Source: Terriglobia bacterium
Lineage (GTDB): Bacteria > Acidobacteriota > Terriglobia > Terriglobales > Acidobacteriaceae
DNA length: 64,000 bases
Direction: 5' to 3'
Assembly (NCBI GenBank): GCA_963760265.1
Contig: CAVXCR010000029.1
Coordinates: 46,779-110,778 of the forward strand
Position 1 is the stretch's first letter. The number at the start of each line of letters is the position of its first letter. Made by a program: the position numbers and the translations under genes. The notes below the pieces were generated by a model. That model was not told where the DNA came from and did no database searches. It was given only the letters and a program-made list of their open reading frames with translations. This document shows, piece by piece, positions 19,486 through 28,214 of this stretch.

Positions 19486-19764
19486 ATGAAAGAGCAGCCG
19501 CCCGCCGAGCCGGAAGCTGCTCGCAGCCGACCGCAGCCGCGGCTGTTGCGGCCAGCACACTCCGGCAACGGACACCAGGAAGAGCAACCTTTGCGCATGT
19601 ACACCGAAGTACAGGTCGGCGAGATGCTGCAGGTTTCGCTTTCGCAGCTGCGCAAATGGCGCATGAAGCAGTACGAGGGACAGCGGCAGGGGCCACCGTT
19701 CCGCAAGATTGGCCGCTTGGTGCGATATCCCGAAGCGGCGTTGCGGACTTACATCAATGGTTAA
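19486..19764 (+). CDS. AlpA/excisionase-type HTH protein
   Basis: MYTEVQVGEMLQVSLSQLRKWRMKQYEGQRQGPPFRKIGRLVRYPEAALRTYI. The start could be 19486 or the internal Met. Confidence 0.6.
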   Translation: MKEQPPAEPEAARSRPQPRLLRPAHSGNGHQEEQPLRMYTEVQVGEMLQVSLSQLRKWRMKQYEGQRQGPPFRKIGRLVRYPEAALRTYING

Positions 19765-19945
19765 TGAGCAACTCAAGTCCTGGTGATGTCGGACAATGAG
19801 TCTCCGAATCCACACGGAATCCAGTTGCAGGCCATCGAGCGCCAGTCAAGATGTAATTGGTGAAGAAAAGTTCGTGCTCCACGCTTTTCCTGGGGTGCGG
19901 TTTGTAAGGGATCGGAAGTTGCAGGCACGTGCGGCCTCCAGACCG

Positions 19946-20374
19946 TTAAGCGGTGATCACTTGCCAATGAAAAGTGCGGAATTCGGCGAGCCTTCTGAAG
20001 TCTCGTTCGTTGGCTGTGATCACTCTGATGCCCAGTCGCCCTGCGCTCATCGCAATCAGTGCGTCATTGGTTAGGCGTCCCTGTCCGATTTGTTCGTAGT
20101 TATACTTGGCGGCCAACCGAGCAAGCACTCTGCCGGCTTGAGTCCAGTCGCTGAGATTTGGCACCAGGATTCGCTTCGCCCTGTCAAAATCCCGCTCCAG
20201 GCGCTGCAGAACGTGCCGACCACTGTCGCCTGCGCCAGCATAGAGTTCTTCGAGTACCACCGCACTCAGCCAAAGTGGTGCATCGGTAGCCAGCCGTCTG
20301 AGCGCGAGGGCCGCATCGTCTCCCCGGCGCAATGCGGAAATGTAAATGGAAGAGTCGAAAAGCGCGGGCTGCAT
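19946..20374 (-). CDS. vapC: PIN-domain toxin, VapC-like
   Basis: ALFDSSIYISAL..., ...NDALIAMSAGRLGIRVITANERDF... It directly abuts the upstream antitoxin ORF. Confidence 0.8.
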   Translation of the reverse strand: MQPALFDSSIYISALRRGDDAALALRRLATDAPLWLSAVVLEELYAGAGDSGRHVLQRLERDFDRAKRILVPNLSDWTQAGRVLARLAAKYNYEQIGQGRLTNDALIAMSAGRLGIRVITANERDFRRLAEFRTFHWQVITA

Positions 20375-20602
20375 CTAACCGCCCAGCGTGCCATACACAT
20401 CTTTAATGTCAATGCCACTGTTGACAAATCGCTCAGTGGCTTCAAGAACCAATCGGTTCCTCTCGTGTTCGGCAATCGCTAAGTCCAATGCGCGCTCGAT
20501 GGCCTCGGTCTCGGTTTTGGCCCGCAATGCTTTTTGGGCACGCTTGATTTTCACCGAATCCAACTGAAAATGCTTGTGCGATCGACTCCTTGCAGTGGCC
20601 AT
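20375..20602 (-). CDS. vapB: VapB-type antitoxin
   Basis: 75 codons, ...LDSVKIKRAQKALRAKTETEAIERALDL... Its stop is adjacent to the vapC start. Confidence 0.7.
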   Translation of the reverse strand: MATARSRSHKHFQLDSVKIKRAQKALRAKTETEAIERALDLAIAEHERNRLVLEATERFVNSGIDIKDVYGTLGG

Positions 20603-20928
20603 CAGATCCCCCCTATTATCGTCAGAATATCACAGGATGTACATATACTCCATTTTTATGTACATTGCACACAAAGGACGAGGGCCAGAGACGGGCCCCC
20701 GGTGCCGAAGTCCTTCGTTGTCAAATTGTCGCGAGGGTGAACTCACCAGCGGGTGCAAGAAAAACTTCTCCCGCTTTCGCTCTTGGGTGACTTCTACAAC
20801 CAAGAAGCCAGCTTGCCTGATGATAAGTATGTACGATTGTCAATACAGTTCTGAAGTGGAGCAGGCTCTTCTAAGCATCTCGTAACCGCAGCGAATCATG
20901 GCAACATTCGGCTGAGACAAGAGTTCTT

Positions 20929-22863
20929 TTACGAATTGATACTACCGTCGCGTGCCGGAGGGCGCTGAAGCGGCACCGTGGCGGACTCTTTCACGAAATC
21001 TCGGCCACAGGTTCCGAGGTATTGCGGGTGTGGAACAGCGGTCGAAAGCATTTCCACAGGTATCAATTTCCCCTGTGCGAAGATTTTGTGCCGCCCATGC
21101 TTGTGATGCCAGGCCGCGAGCGATAGCGGGTGGAAGTTATGCTCGACGATCTGGCGCCATCCGGCGCCGTTGTAGGCGGAGAAGTCGATCTCCCCGTCCG
21201 GAGTGGCCACCGGCGTTGCCGAGGCCTGGGCATTGCTCGAATCGTAGTTAAACAGGTCTTGGAACCACTGGCCCTGAATTGTCATCCAAGTCCATTCACT
21301 CTCTTTACGCGTGACCTTGTGCCAGTCGGACCGGCTGCTGTCTAAGCAGCTCAACCCCTGGCGCACAATCTCTACAGCGTCCTTGGCGTGAAATCTGCTC
21401 GGCAATTCGCGAGGACGGATGTTCCTCGCCACTGCCAGTGCGAGCTGTACCTTTGTCAGCAGGGGTCCGCGCGCAGAATCGGTTATCACGGTTGCGTCCC
21501 TCGCAAACTGCTCGACGTCAAAGAACGAGAACAGCGGCACCACCTGCTTCGTGCGGCGGTTCACCAGCAACGGGCTCGAAATGCAGCAATCCGGGTGTGC
21601 GTCAGGGGAGACCACGCCCTTGGTCGCGTCGGGACCGTGCAACAGATCTACGATCCGCGATACCGCGGTGTAGACGGAAACCGGGACCCAATCTCTGAGA
21701 GGCTGCCAATCGAAGCATGCCTGCTCTTGAAGGTCTCGCACGAGGTGCGAAAGCGTGTAGCGGCGCTCGTACCGAGTTTCGTTATCGACCTGCTCGTCTC
21801 TGCCGGCGAACATGATCGGCTGGAAGAGCAACCCGTTTACCTTGTCGATGTGGCGGATCGCGAAATCAAGAATCGATCCGACCCCGTCGTTGTTGACCCC
21901 GTTGATTACGGTCACTTGGAGGGTAGTGCGCATGCCGGCTTCGGCGATGTTTTCGATCGCCTTCAGCTTCACCTCGAGCGAATTGCCGATATGGCGGTGC
22001 GTGTTATTTTGCTCGGTCGTGCCGTCGAACTGAAGGTAGACGCTGTGCAACCCAGCCTTTGCGGCTTGAGCCGCAAACGCACACTCCTGGGCAAACCGGA
22101 TTCCGTTCGTGGCGACGTGGAGGCGCTTAAATCCGAGGTCCGCTGCACAGCGCACCGCAGCAAGGAAATGCGGCGATAACGTCGGCTCGCCGCCAGAGAA
22201 GAGAATGTTTACCTCACGCTGCGGCTTGAACGACAACGCCCGCTCTAACGTCGACCGAATCTCGTCCAAGGTCAGCTCATTTACGTAAGCGAGCTGGTTT
22301 GCGTCCATGAAGCACGGATCGCATTTCATGTTGCAGCGATTGGTCAGATCGAACACGAGGAAGCTGCCGCGACCGAATCGTATTGTTGAGCAACCATGAT
22401 GGTGGACGGCAGCATCATCACGGCACCGGAAGTCCTGACCTTGGTAGAGGGACTCCATGCGCTTAAAGAAAGCAACGTTTTCAGATAGCAGGTCTTCGAA
22501 TGGCCCGTGTTTATCACAGATCTTTCGCATCAGAACGTGTCCGGCCTCCTCGACGATTTGTGCCTGAATTTGCTCATCGCCGGAATGAAAGGAATCGGTC
22601 CCGACCTTGGCGTTGAGCATTCGATCCCGTTTCTCGAGCACGCATTTCGGACAGAGGGAAGCCACGGATCTGGGGAGACCGAGCCGCAGGAAGGTTCGCT
22701 CGCTGCTCTTTAGCAATTTCGCCGGCGCCCATGATGGCTTCGGCTGCTGCGCTTGCGGTAGGCACCGATTAATGCCTTGCGCGATGCGCCAGGCAACATC
22801 AGCCACACGGACTGAGGATTTCCGGAGGGCATGTGAGAGCGGGAACGGGTTCTCTGCTGGCAT
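20929..22863 (-). CDS. large radical SAM protein with N-terminal Zn-ribbon and long C-terminal domain
   Basis: LCPKC near the N-terminus, the radical SAM cluster motif DLTNRCNMKCDPCF (CX3CX2C), and GGEPTL. 644 codons, in a visibly lower-G+C stretch. Confidence 0.85.
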   Translation of the reverse strand: MPAENPFPLSHALRKSSVRVADVAWRIAQGINRCLPQAQQPKPSWAPAKLLKSSERTFLRLGLPRSVASLCPKCVLEKRDRMLNAKVGTDSFHSGDEQIQAQIVEEAGHVLMRKICDKHGPFEDLLSENVAFFKRMESLYQGQDFRCRDDAAVHHHGCSTIRFGRGSFLVFDLTNRCNMKCDPCFMDANQLAYVNELTLDEIRSTLERALSFKPQREVNILFSGGEPTLSPHFLAAVRCAADLGFKRLHVATNGIRFAQECAFAAQAAKAGLHSVYLQFDGTTEQNNTHRHIGNSLEVKLKAIENIAEAGMRTTLQVTVINGVNNDGVGSILDFAIRHIDKVNGLLFQPIMFAGRDEQVDNETRYERRYTLSHLVRDLQEQACFDWQPLRDWVPVSVYTAVSRIVDLLHGPDATKGVVSPDAHPDCCISSPLLVNRRTKQVVPLFSFFDVEQFARDATVITDSARGPLLTKVQLALAVARNIRPRELPSRFHAKDAVEIVRQGLSCLDSSRSDWHKVTRKESEWTWMTIQGQWFQDLFNYDSSNAQASATPVATPDGEIDFSAYNGAGWRQIVEHNFHPLSLAAWHHKHGRHKIFAQGKLIPVEMLSTAVPHPQYLGTCGRDFVKESATVPLQRPPARDGSINS

Positions 22864-23094
22864 GGCAGCTTAGAGTACTCCTACAGAGTATTGGTTGCAG
22901 ACCATTTGCCCGTAGGTCCATCAGGTCTCAATGTCCAATTGCTTGACCTTGGTCCTGGCCACGCTGTTGTGATTGGTTCGGCACGAATGTGGGCCCGGTT
23001 TTCTGACACGCTCGGGCGTGCACGCGGGATTGTGGCAGCGCGAACAGTATTGCCGGTTGGTCTGGTCAGCGCATGCAACGGAACGGTGGCGCTT

Positions 23095-23737
23095 TCATGC
23101 CAAAAGGTAAGGCATCTCCCGCAGAAGAAACCGTTTAACCTCGTCCCACTCAAGCGATACCAGCATGTGGGGCATCGGGTCCTTTTCGGTATCCTCAAAA
23201 AACGTCAGTGACTTGAGAATGTGAAGCCTGTTGTACCGGGTTTGACTGTACTTTCGGTCAAAGAGTTCCAGGAGATCGCCAAGGCCGAACTGCCGGGCAC
23301 ACACGTAGAGGTCCACGAAATCGCGCTTGGTACCGCGACTCGCAATAGCGCTCACTTTCATGCACGCAATGTCGCGCGGATCAGCTATGGCAACATCAAG
23401 GAATCGGGTAGCGGGAAACAGCACGGGGTAATCGTAGCCAAGGAAACTCACCTTTGTCTTTTGGATCGTCGTATGCAGCGAATGCGGCGCTCTGGCGACA
23501 AGGGAAAACCCAGCCAACGCCTGGACACGCTGGAGGAGTGTTTCCTCATCGAAGAGATCGGCCGCAAAAAAGTCTAGATCCTGAGACAGCCGGTGGCCGA
23601 AGTGAAGGGCAAGCCCCGTCCCGCCGGCTGAGGTAAAAGCTGTCAAGCAGTCTGGCGTGAGAAAGGTTGCGGAGCGTTACTTCAGTGGAGGCGGTGATCA
23701 CCTCGCGGTGCCATACCCCAGATTCATGATTGGTCAT
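23095..23737 (-). pseudogene. AbiEii/AbiGii-type nucleotidyltransferase toxin, single-base frameshift near 23629
   Basis: Frame A ends ...HARLLDSFYL and frame B continues AGGTGLALHFGHRLSQDLDFF... Removing one base restores LLDSFYLAGGTGLALHFGHRLSQDLDFF. Confidence 0.75.
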
Positions 23738-23772
23738 GGCAGTTTTCTTTCTTTGATGAAAGAAGAATTAGG

Positions 23773-24039
23773 TTAGCGGCTCAGGTTGAGCGCCGCAACC
23801 TCGTGGAATGGAACCTTGTACAACAGCGCCCAGAAGTTGGCTGACTTTCGCGACAAACGGCCTTCCGTGCAGAGCACCCTTCGGATCTCGGACTCCGAAA
23901 AGGTCTCTCGCAACCACGCAACTGCCGGCCCGTCCCCGTACTCCAAGACCCGGTAGATCGTGTAGTCGGGATAGGCTTCTGGCTTGAAGTTGTCAAGGTT
24001 CGCGTCCCAGAATAGTGTCTGTAAGTGACTGGGAATCAT
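23773..24039 (-). CDS. small conserved protein upstream of the AbiEii-type gene (DUF6922-like by recollection)
   Basis: LFWDANLDNFKPEAYPDYTIYRVLEYGDGPAVAWLRETFSESEIRRVL...SANFWALLY. Confidence 0.55.
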   Translation of the reverse strand: MIPSHLQTLFWDANLDNFKPEAYPDYTIYRVLEYGDGPAVAWLRETFSESEIRRVLCTEGRLSRKSANFWALLYKVPFHEVAALNLSR

Positions 24040-24182
24040 ATTGTTACGAGTATAAGGGATGGAGCGTATAAGTCAACTCCACCCTCTGCGAGTATGGCGC
24101 GAAGCAGGCCTGCCAGTTCCTTCCTCCCCTTGCAGAACGCCGGACCGCCAACTACACCGCCATACTCGAAGGGGTTCTTCAT
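24036..24182 (-). pseudogene. N-terminal fragment of an AAA/ATP-binding protein (48 codons)
   Basis: MKNPFEYGGVVGGPAFCKGRKELAGLLRAILAEGGVDLYAP... stops before any Walker A motif. Its TGA overlaps the next ATG. Confidence 0.5.
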
Positions 24183-24354
24183 ACTCCTTGTTACACTTGA
24201 TGTTTACCGCAATCGTACGACTGTAAGCCGTTGAGGAGGTATTCGTCGATCAGCCGTTCGAGAATGGCGCCATGCGGGGGATCCCTCTCTCTTGTGGCCA
24301 AGGGATAAAATGACTATTATGACCATAATCTCTTGATCCTTGAGGAGGTAAGCC

Positions 24355-24609
24355 ATGGGCACGCATACATGGACCGTGGCAGAGGCCAAGGCAAAACTCA
24401 GCGAGTTGATCGACAAGGCGCAATCGGAGGGGCCGCAAAGAATCACCAAGCACGGTCGCACGACGGCGGTGGTAGTTGCGGCACAGGAATGGGAGCGGAA
24501 GGCCAAGCGCAAGGGCAATCTGGCCGCGTTCCTAACGGCATCACCACTTCGGGGCTCCGGGATACGGCTCAAACGTCTCCCAATGCACCTGCGTAAGGTC
24601 GATCTATGA
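24355..24609 (+). CDS. Phd/YefM-type antitoxin
   Basis: WTVAEAKAKLSELIDKAQSEGPQRITKHGRTTAVVVAAQEW, with a 4-nt ATGA overlap with the toxin. Confidence 0.8.
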   Translation: MGTHTWTVAEAKAKLSELIDKAQSEGPQRITKHGRTTAVVVAAQEWERKAKRKGNLAAFLTASPLRGSGIRLKRLPMHLRKVDL

Positions 24610-25025
24610 CTTATCTGCTGGACACCAATGTCATTTCAGAGCCTACGAAGCCACAGCCAAACGCAGGCGTGCTCGCTTGGCTGGCTGGGATTGACGAGGA
24701 CAGCGTTTTTATCAGCGTGGTAACGATCACCGAGCTACGCCATGGCGTTGAACGCCTTGCGGCTGGCGCCCGGCGCAAACGACTCGATGCCTGGTTGCAG
24801 CACGACTTGCCGCTGCGGTTTGCGGGAAGAATCCTGCCGATTGACGCCGTGGTAGCGGATGCGTGCGGAAAGCTTGTCGCCCGCAGCGAATCCCTGGGAC
24901 GCCCGATAGAGCCCCGGGATGCCTTCATTGCTGCCACTGCAGAGGTCCACGGTCTGACTCTCGTTACCCGCAATGCTTCTGACTTCCAGCCGACAATAAA
25001 AGCCATCGTCACACCTTGGACCTAG
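24606..25025 (+). CDS. vapC: PIN-domain toxin (VapC/FitB-like)
   Basis: MTYLLDTNVISEPTKPQPN..., ...DAFIAATAEVHGLTLVTRNASDF. Confidence 0.85.
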   Translation: MTYLLDTNVISEPTKPQPNAGVLAWLAGIDEDSVFISVVTITELRHGVERLAAGARRKRLDAWLQHDLPLRFAGRILPIDAVVADACGKLVARSESLGRPIEPRDAFIAATAEVHGLTLVTRNASDFQPTIKAIVTPWT

Positions 25026-25188
25026 CACAAATCGCCGGAGGGATCGAAGGTCCACCGCCAGCGACGGTGCGTGTTTAGCAAAGCTCACCATAGTTGCAAG
25101 CTATTGAGCGGGTGCGCCTCCTCAAAAATGGGGCGCATTCATAGTGCTGGGGGACGGCCGATCAAAGTGACCATTCGCGGAGGCGGAA

Positions 25189-25413
25189 ATGGAAGGACGA
25201 AGTCAATCCAAGTCGTCCCGGGATAAGGTCAGAGCGCATCGCCAGCGGCTGCGTCAACAGGGCTTGCGGCCTATCCAGATTTGGGTACCCGACATGCGGT
25301 CGCCTGCTTTTGTGACAGAGGCACACCGGCAGTCCCTCGCGGTCGCGAAAAGTCCCCGCGCCAAGCAGGATCAGGACTTTGTCGATGCTGTTTCTGGTTG
25401 CGGCGCAAAGTGA
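25189..25413 (+). CDS. MazE-family antitoxin (DUF3018-like)
   Basis: VRAHRQRLRQQGLRPIQIWVPDMRSPAFVTEAHRQS, with a GTGA overlap with the downstream toxin frame. Confidence 0.7.
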   Translation: MEGRSQSKSSRDKVRAHRQRLRQQGLRPIQIWVPDMRSPAFVTEAHRQSLAVAKSPRAKQDQDFVDAVSGCGAK

Positions 25414-25768
25414 AGCGCGGCGAGATCTGGGCCGTTGCGGGCGGTTAGGATTATGCGGGAAAGCCCCGTCCCGTTGTGATCCTTCAAGACGATCGTTTCG
25501 ACATGACGAATTCAGTCACGGTGTGCGCATTCACTACCGACCCAGCCGATGCTCCTCTGTTTCGGCTGCCTTTCGAGCCGAGCGAGGGCAATCGCCTGCG
25601 CACTGTCTGCCGATTGATAGTGGATAAGATCACGACCATTCCGAAGGCAAAGACGGCGGGCGTGTCGGCCGCCTTGCTGACGAAGATATGGTGCGGCTGA
25701 ATCGTGCCGTTCTGGTCTTCTTGGGCATCGCTGTCCCACCCAACAACCAGCAACTGGAATCGGCATAA
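25410..25768 (+). pseudogene. PemK/MazF-family toxin inactivated by an amber stop and a frameshift
   Basis: VKRGEIWAVAGG-TAG(25446)-DYAGKPRPVVILQDDRF...LIVDKITTIPKAK, then a frame change near 25655 into GGRVGRLADEDMVRLNRAVLVFLGIAV... Confidence 0.75.
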
Positions 25769-26188
25769 GGTCTTCCCTCTGCCACGCCGACAAGTCTCTC
25801 GCTTGAAAGGTGAGGCCAGGCAGCCTAATGAATGGAGCTGAACGGTTTCTTCTGGGTGTGACTGAGTTAGGTTTGGCCCCGCTCCGAACACCCAACCACG
25901 AGTCACCTCCGCAAAGTCGATCCGTTGTGGTTTCTGGACGTAATTACCAGAGGGCTCGCGTGCTCCGCATAACGGCCGCGGCCTGCGCATAGCAGCTCAG
26001 GTCTTCCCATACCAGCTTCTGAGCCCACTCCCTTCACGTTCGTAAGCCTTCACACCCGGAACGTCACCGCAAACATCAGACCGTCCTCCGAGGGCCAATA
26101 GCCAAGGGCGTTTCTTCTTGAGCTCTGATTGTCTGAATACGCGCCTGTGCCTTCACGTTCCACTTCCCACATTCGAGGTATTTTTGCC

Positions 26189-27163
26189 ATGAAAGCATCT
26201 GCGATCTTCGCCGCTCTCCGCGCACTTGTCTCCACACGGCAACCCGTCTTTATCTGGGGTGGGCCTGGTATCGGCAAATCCTCCATCGTCGACCAACTAG
26301 CCAGCTCCCTGAATCTTTCTTTACGAGACCTTCGCGCCCTGCTGCTCGATCCAGTCGATCTCCGAGGACTGCCTTATGTCGAAGACGGACGATCGAAGTG
26401 GGCCGTTCCCGACTTTTTGCCAAGCGATGGCGAAGGAATCCTGTTTCTAGACGAGTTGAACGCCGCTCCCGGCATGGTGCAGGTGGCGTTCTACCAACTC
26501 GTGCTGGACCGCAAGCTGGGCGAGTACACGCTCCCGGACGGCTGGGTCATTATTGCTGCCGGAAACCGGGAATCCGATCGTGCCCAGACCTCACGCATGC
26601 CCACGCCCCTGCGGAATCGCTTCGTTCATCTCGATTTCGAAGTCGATCAGCAAGAGTGGTCGGAGTGGGCGATCAATAGCGGCATACGCCCGGAAGTGAT
26701 TGCCTTTATCCGCTTCCGGCCCCAACTTCTCAGTGTTTTTGACCGGGACGCCAACGCCTTTCCTTCCCCGCGTTCCTGGCAATTCGTCTCTCGCATCCTG
26801 AATTGCGGTCCAGACAGCAGTGTCGAGTTCGAACTGTTCGCGGGCGCCGTGGGCAACGCAGCGGCAACCGAGTTTTGCGGATTCCTGAGGATGTTTCGCG
26901 AGCTTCCCAATATCGACGCCATTCTGCTCAATCCGACCGCCGAGCCTGTTCCCGAGTCGCCTGCGGCGCAATATGCGGTCGCATCGGCGCTGGCGCACCG
27001 GGCTTCCGATACCAATTTCGATCGGATCTGCCTCTATCTGGATCGGATGGCAACGGAGTTCCGGGTATTGTGCGTACGCGACGCCACCCTCCGCGACCAA
27101 AGCATCAAGCACACCGCGGGATACACCCGCTGGGCCATTCAAAACCATCACGTCCTGGCATAG
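26189..27163 (+). CDS. MoxR-like AAA+ ATPase (AAA_5 type)
   Basis: Walker A WGGPGIGKSS, Walker B ILFLDELNAA, and ...IIAAGNRESDRAQTSRMPTPLRNRF. Confidence 0.8.
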   Translation: MKASAIFAALRALVSTRQPVFIWGGPGIGKSSIVDQLASSLNLSLRDLRALLLDPVDLRGLPYVEDGRSKWAVPDFLPSDGEGILFLDELNAAPGMVQVAFYQLVLDRKLGEYTLPDGWVIIAAGNRESDRAQTSRMPTPLRNRFVHLDFEVDQQEWSEWAINSGIRPEVIAFIRFRPQLLSVFDRDANAFPSPRSWQFVSRILNCGPDSSVEFELFAGAVGNAAATEFCGFLRMFRELPNIDAILLNPTAEPVPESPAAQYAVASALAHRASDTNFDRICLYLDRMATEFRVLCVRDATLRDQSIKHTAGYTRWAIQNHHVLA

Positions 27164-27352
27164 TTGGTTCAAACGTTCGCTCCCATTGCTGGCATCACCG
27201 GCCGGCCAAATCCGCGGGTCATGTCGATTCCGGAAAACGGTCCGCAAGCTTTGGAAGCGGTTATTCTTTCGAAGATGTGCCCTGCATGGGAAGTGCTGTT
27301 GACAGGCACACGATGCCAACCGTACAGTCTAATTATCTGAACTGGAGAGTTT

Positions 27353-27631
27353 ATGAGCGACAGCATAGTCGTCAGTGCGTTGCATTTGCGTGCAAATCTC
27401 GGCAGGTTCCTTCGCCGGGTAGAGGATGAGGGCCGGTCCCTTGTCATCCAAAAGCGGGGTAGTCCGCGGGCCGTGCTGCTCAGCATCAGGGATTATGTGC
27501 GTCTCGCGGTTCCCGAACCCGACGTCCTTCAAATCATCGGCAAAGAATCCAAACGCAAGGGGACTCATAGACTCAGCTCGAAACAGATCGACCAAATCGT
27601 TAAAGCCGCCCGCCGATCGAAGAGCCGATGA
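27353..27631 (+). CDS. Phd/YefM-type antitoxin
   Basis: ALHLRANLGRFLRRVEDEGRSLVIQKRGSPRAVLLSIRDY, with a 4-nt overlap with the toxin. Confidence 0.75.
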   Translation: MSDSIVVSALHLRANLGRFLRRVEDEGRSLVIQKRGSPRAVLLSIRDYVRLAVPEPDVLQIIGKESKRKGTHRLSSKQIDQIVKAARRSKSR

Positions 27632-28050
27632 TCCCGCTTCGGCTCGTCCTTGACACGAACGTTGTTGTGTCTGCGGCACTCAAACCTGAAGGGCTACAGC
27701 GAACGGTACTGTTGCTCGCGATTACCAAGCCAGCCCGGTTGTATGTTTCGGATGCCATTGTGTCGGAATACTCTACGGTCCTGGCGCGCCCTGAACTCAA
27801 GATTCGATGGGGCCTCCGGCAACAATTCCTTCACCTGATCAAGAGCCATTCTCGGGTTGTCGTTCCATCGCGCTTGCCTGAAGTTACAACGGATCCCGCT
27901 GACAACATCTTTGTTGAATGCGCTGATGCCGCCCGCGCCGACTACCTGGTGACCGGGAACGAACGTCATTTCCCGAAGTTCTGGAAGAGCACCAAAATCA
28001 TCAACTCACGTGAGTTTCTCAACATCATAGGTCCCCACCTCATTAAGTAA
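27628..28050 (+). CDS. PIN-family toxin component
   Basis: LVLDTNVVVSAALKPEG..., ...DPADNIFVECADAARADYLVTGNERHF. Confidence 0.8.
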   Translation: MIPLRLVLDTNVVVSAALKPEGLQRTVLLLAITKPARLYVSDAIVSEYSTVLARPELKIRWGLRQQFLHLIKSHSRVVVPSRLPEVTTDPADNIFVECADAARADYLVTGNERHFPKFWKSTKIINSREFLNIIGPHLIK

Positions 28051-28214
28051 ACGCCTCACGAGCGGCGGCCCCCGGCCGATGCTGCACGGTCCCAGAAGAC
28101 TACCGCCACTGCGCCGTTTCTCGACTCTTCTTCTGATCACGACACTGAGACGACATCGGCCGCCGAACGCCAAATACAGAACGTTACTGACCCGTTCCCA
28201 GCCCCTGATTACGC

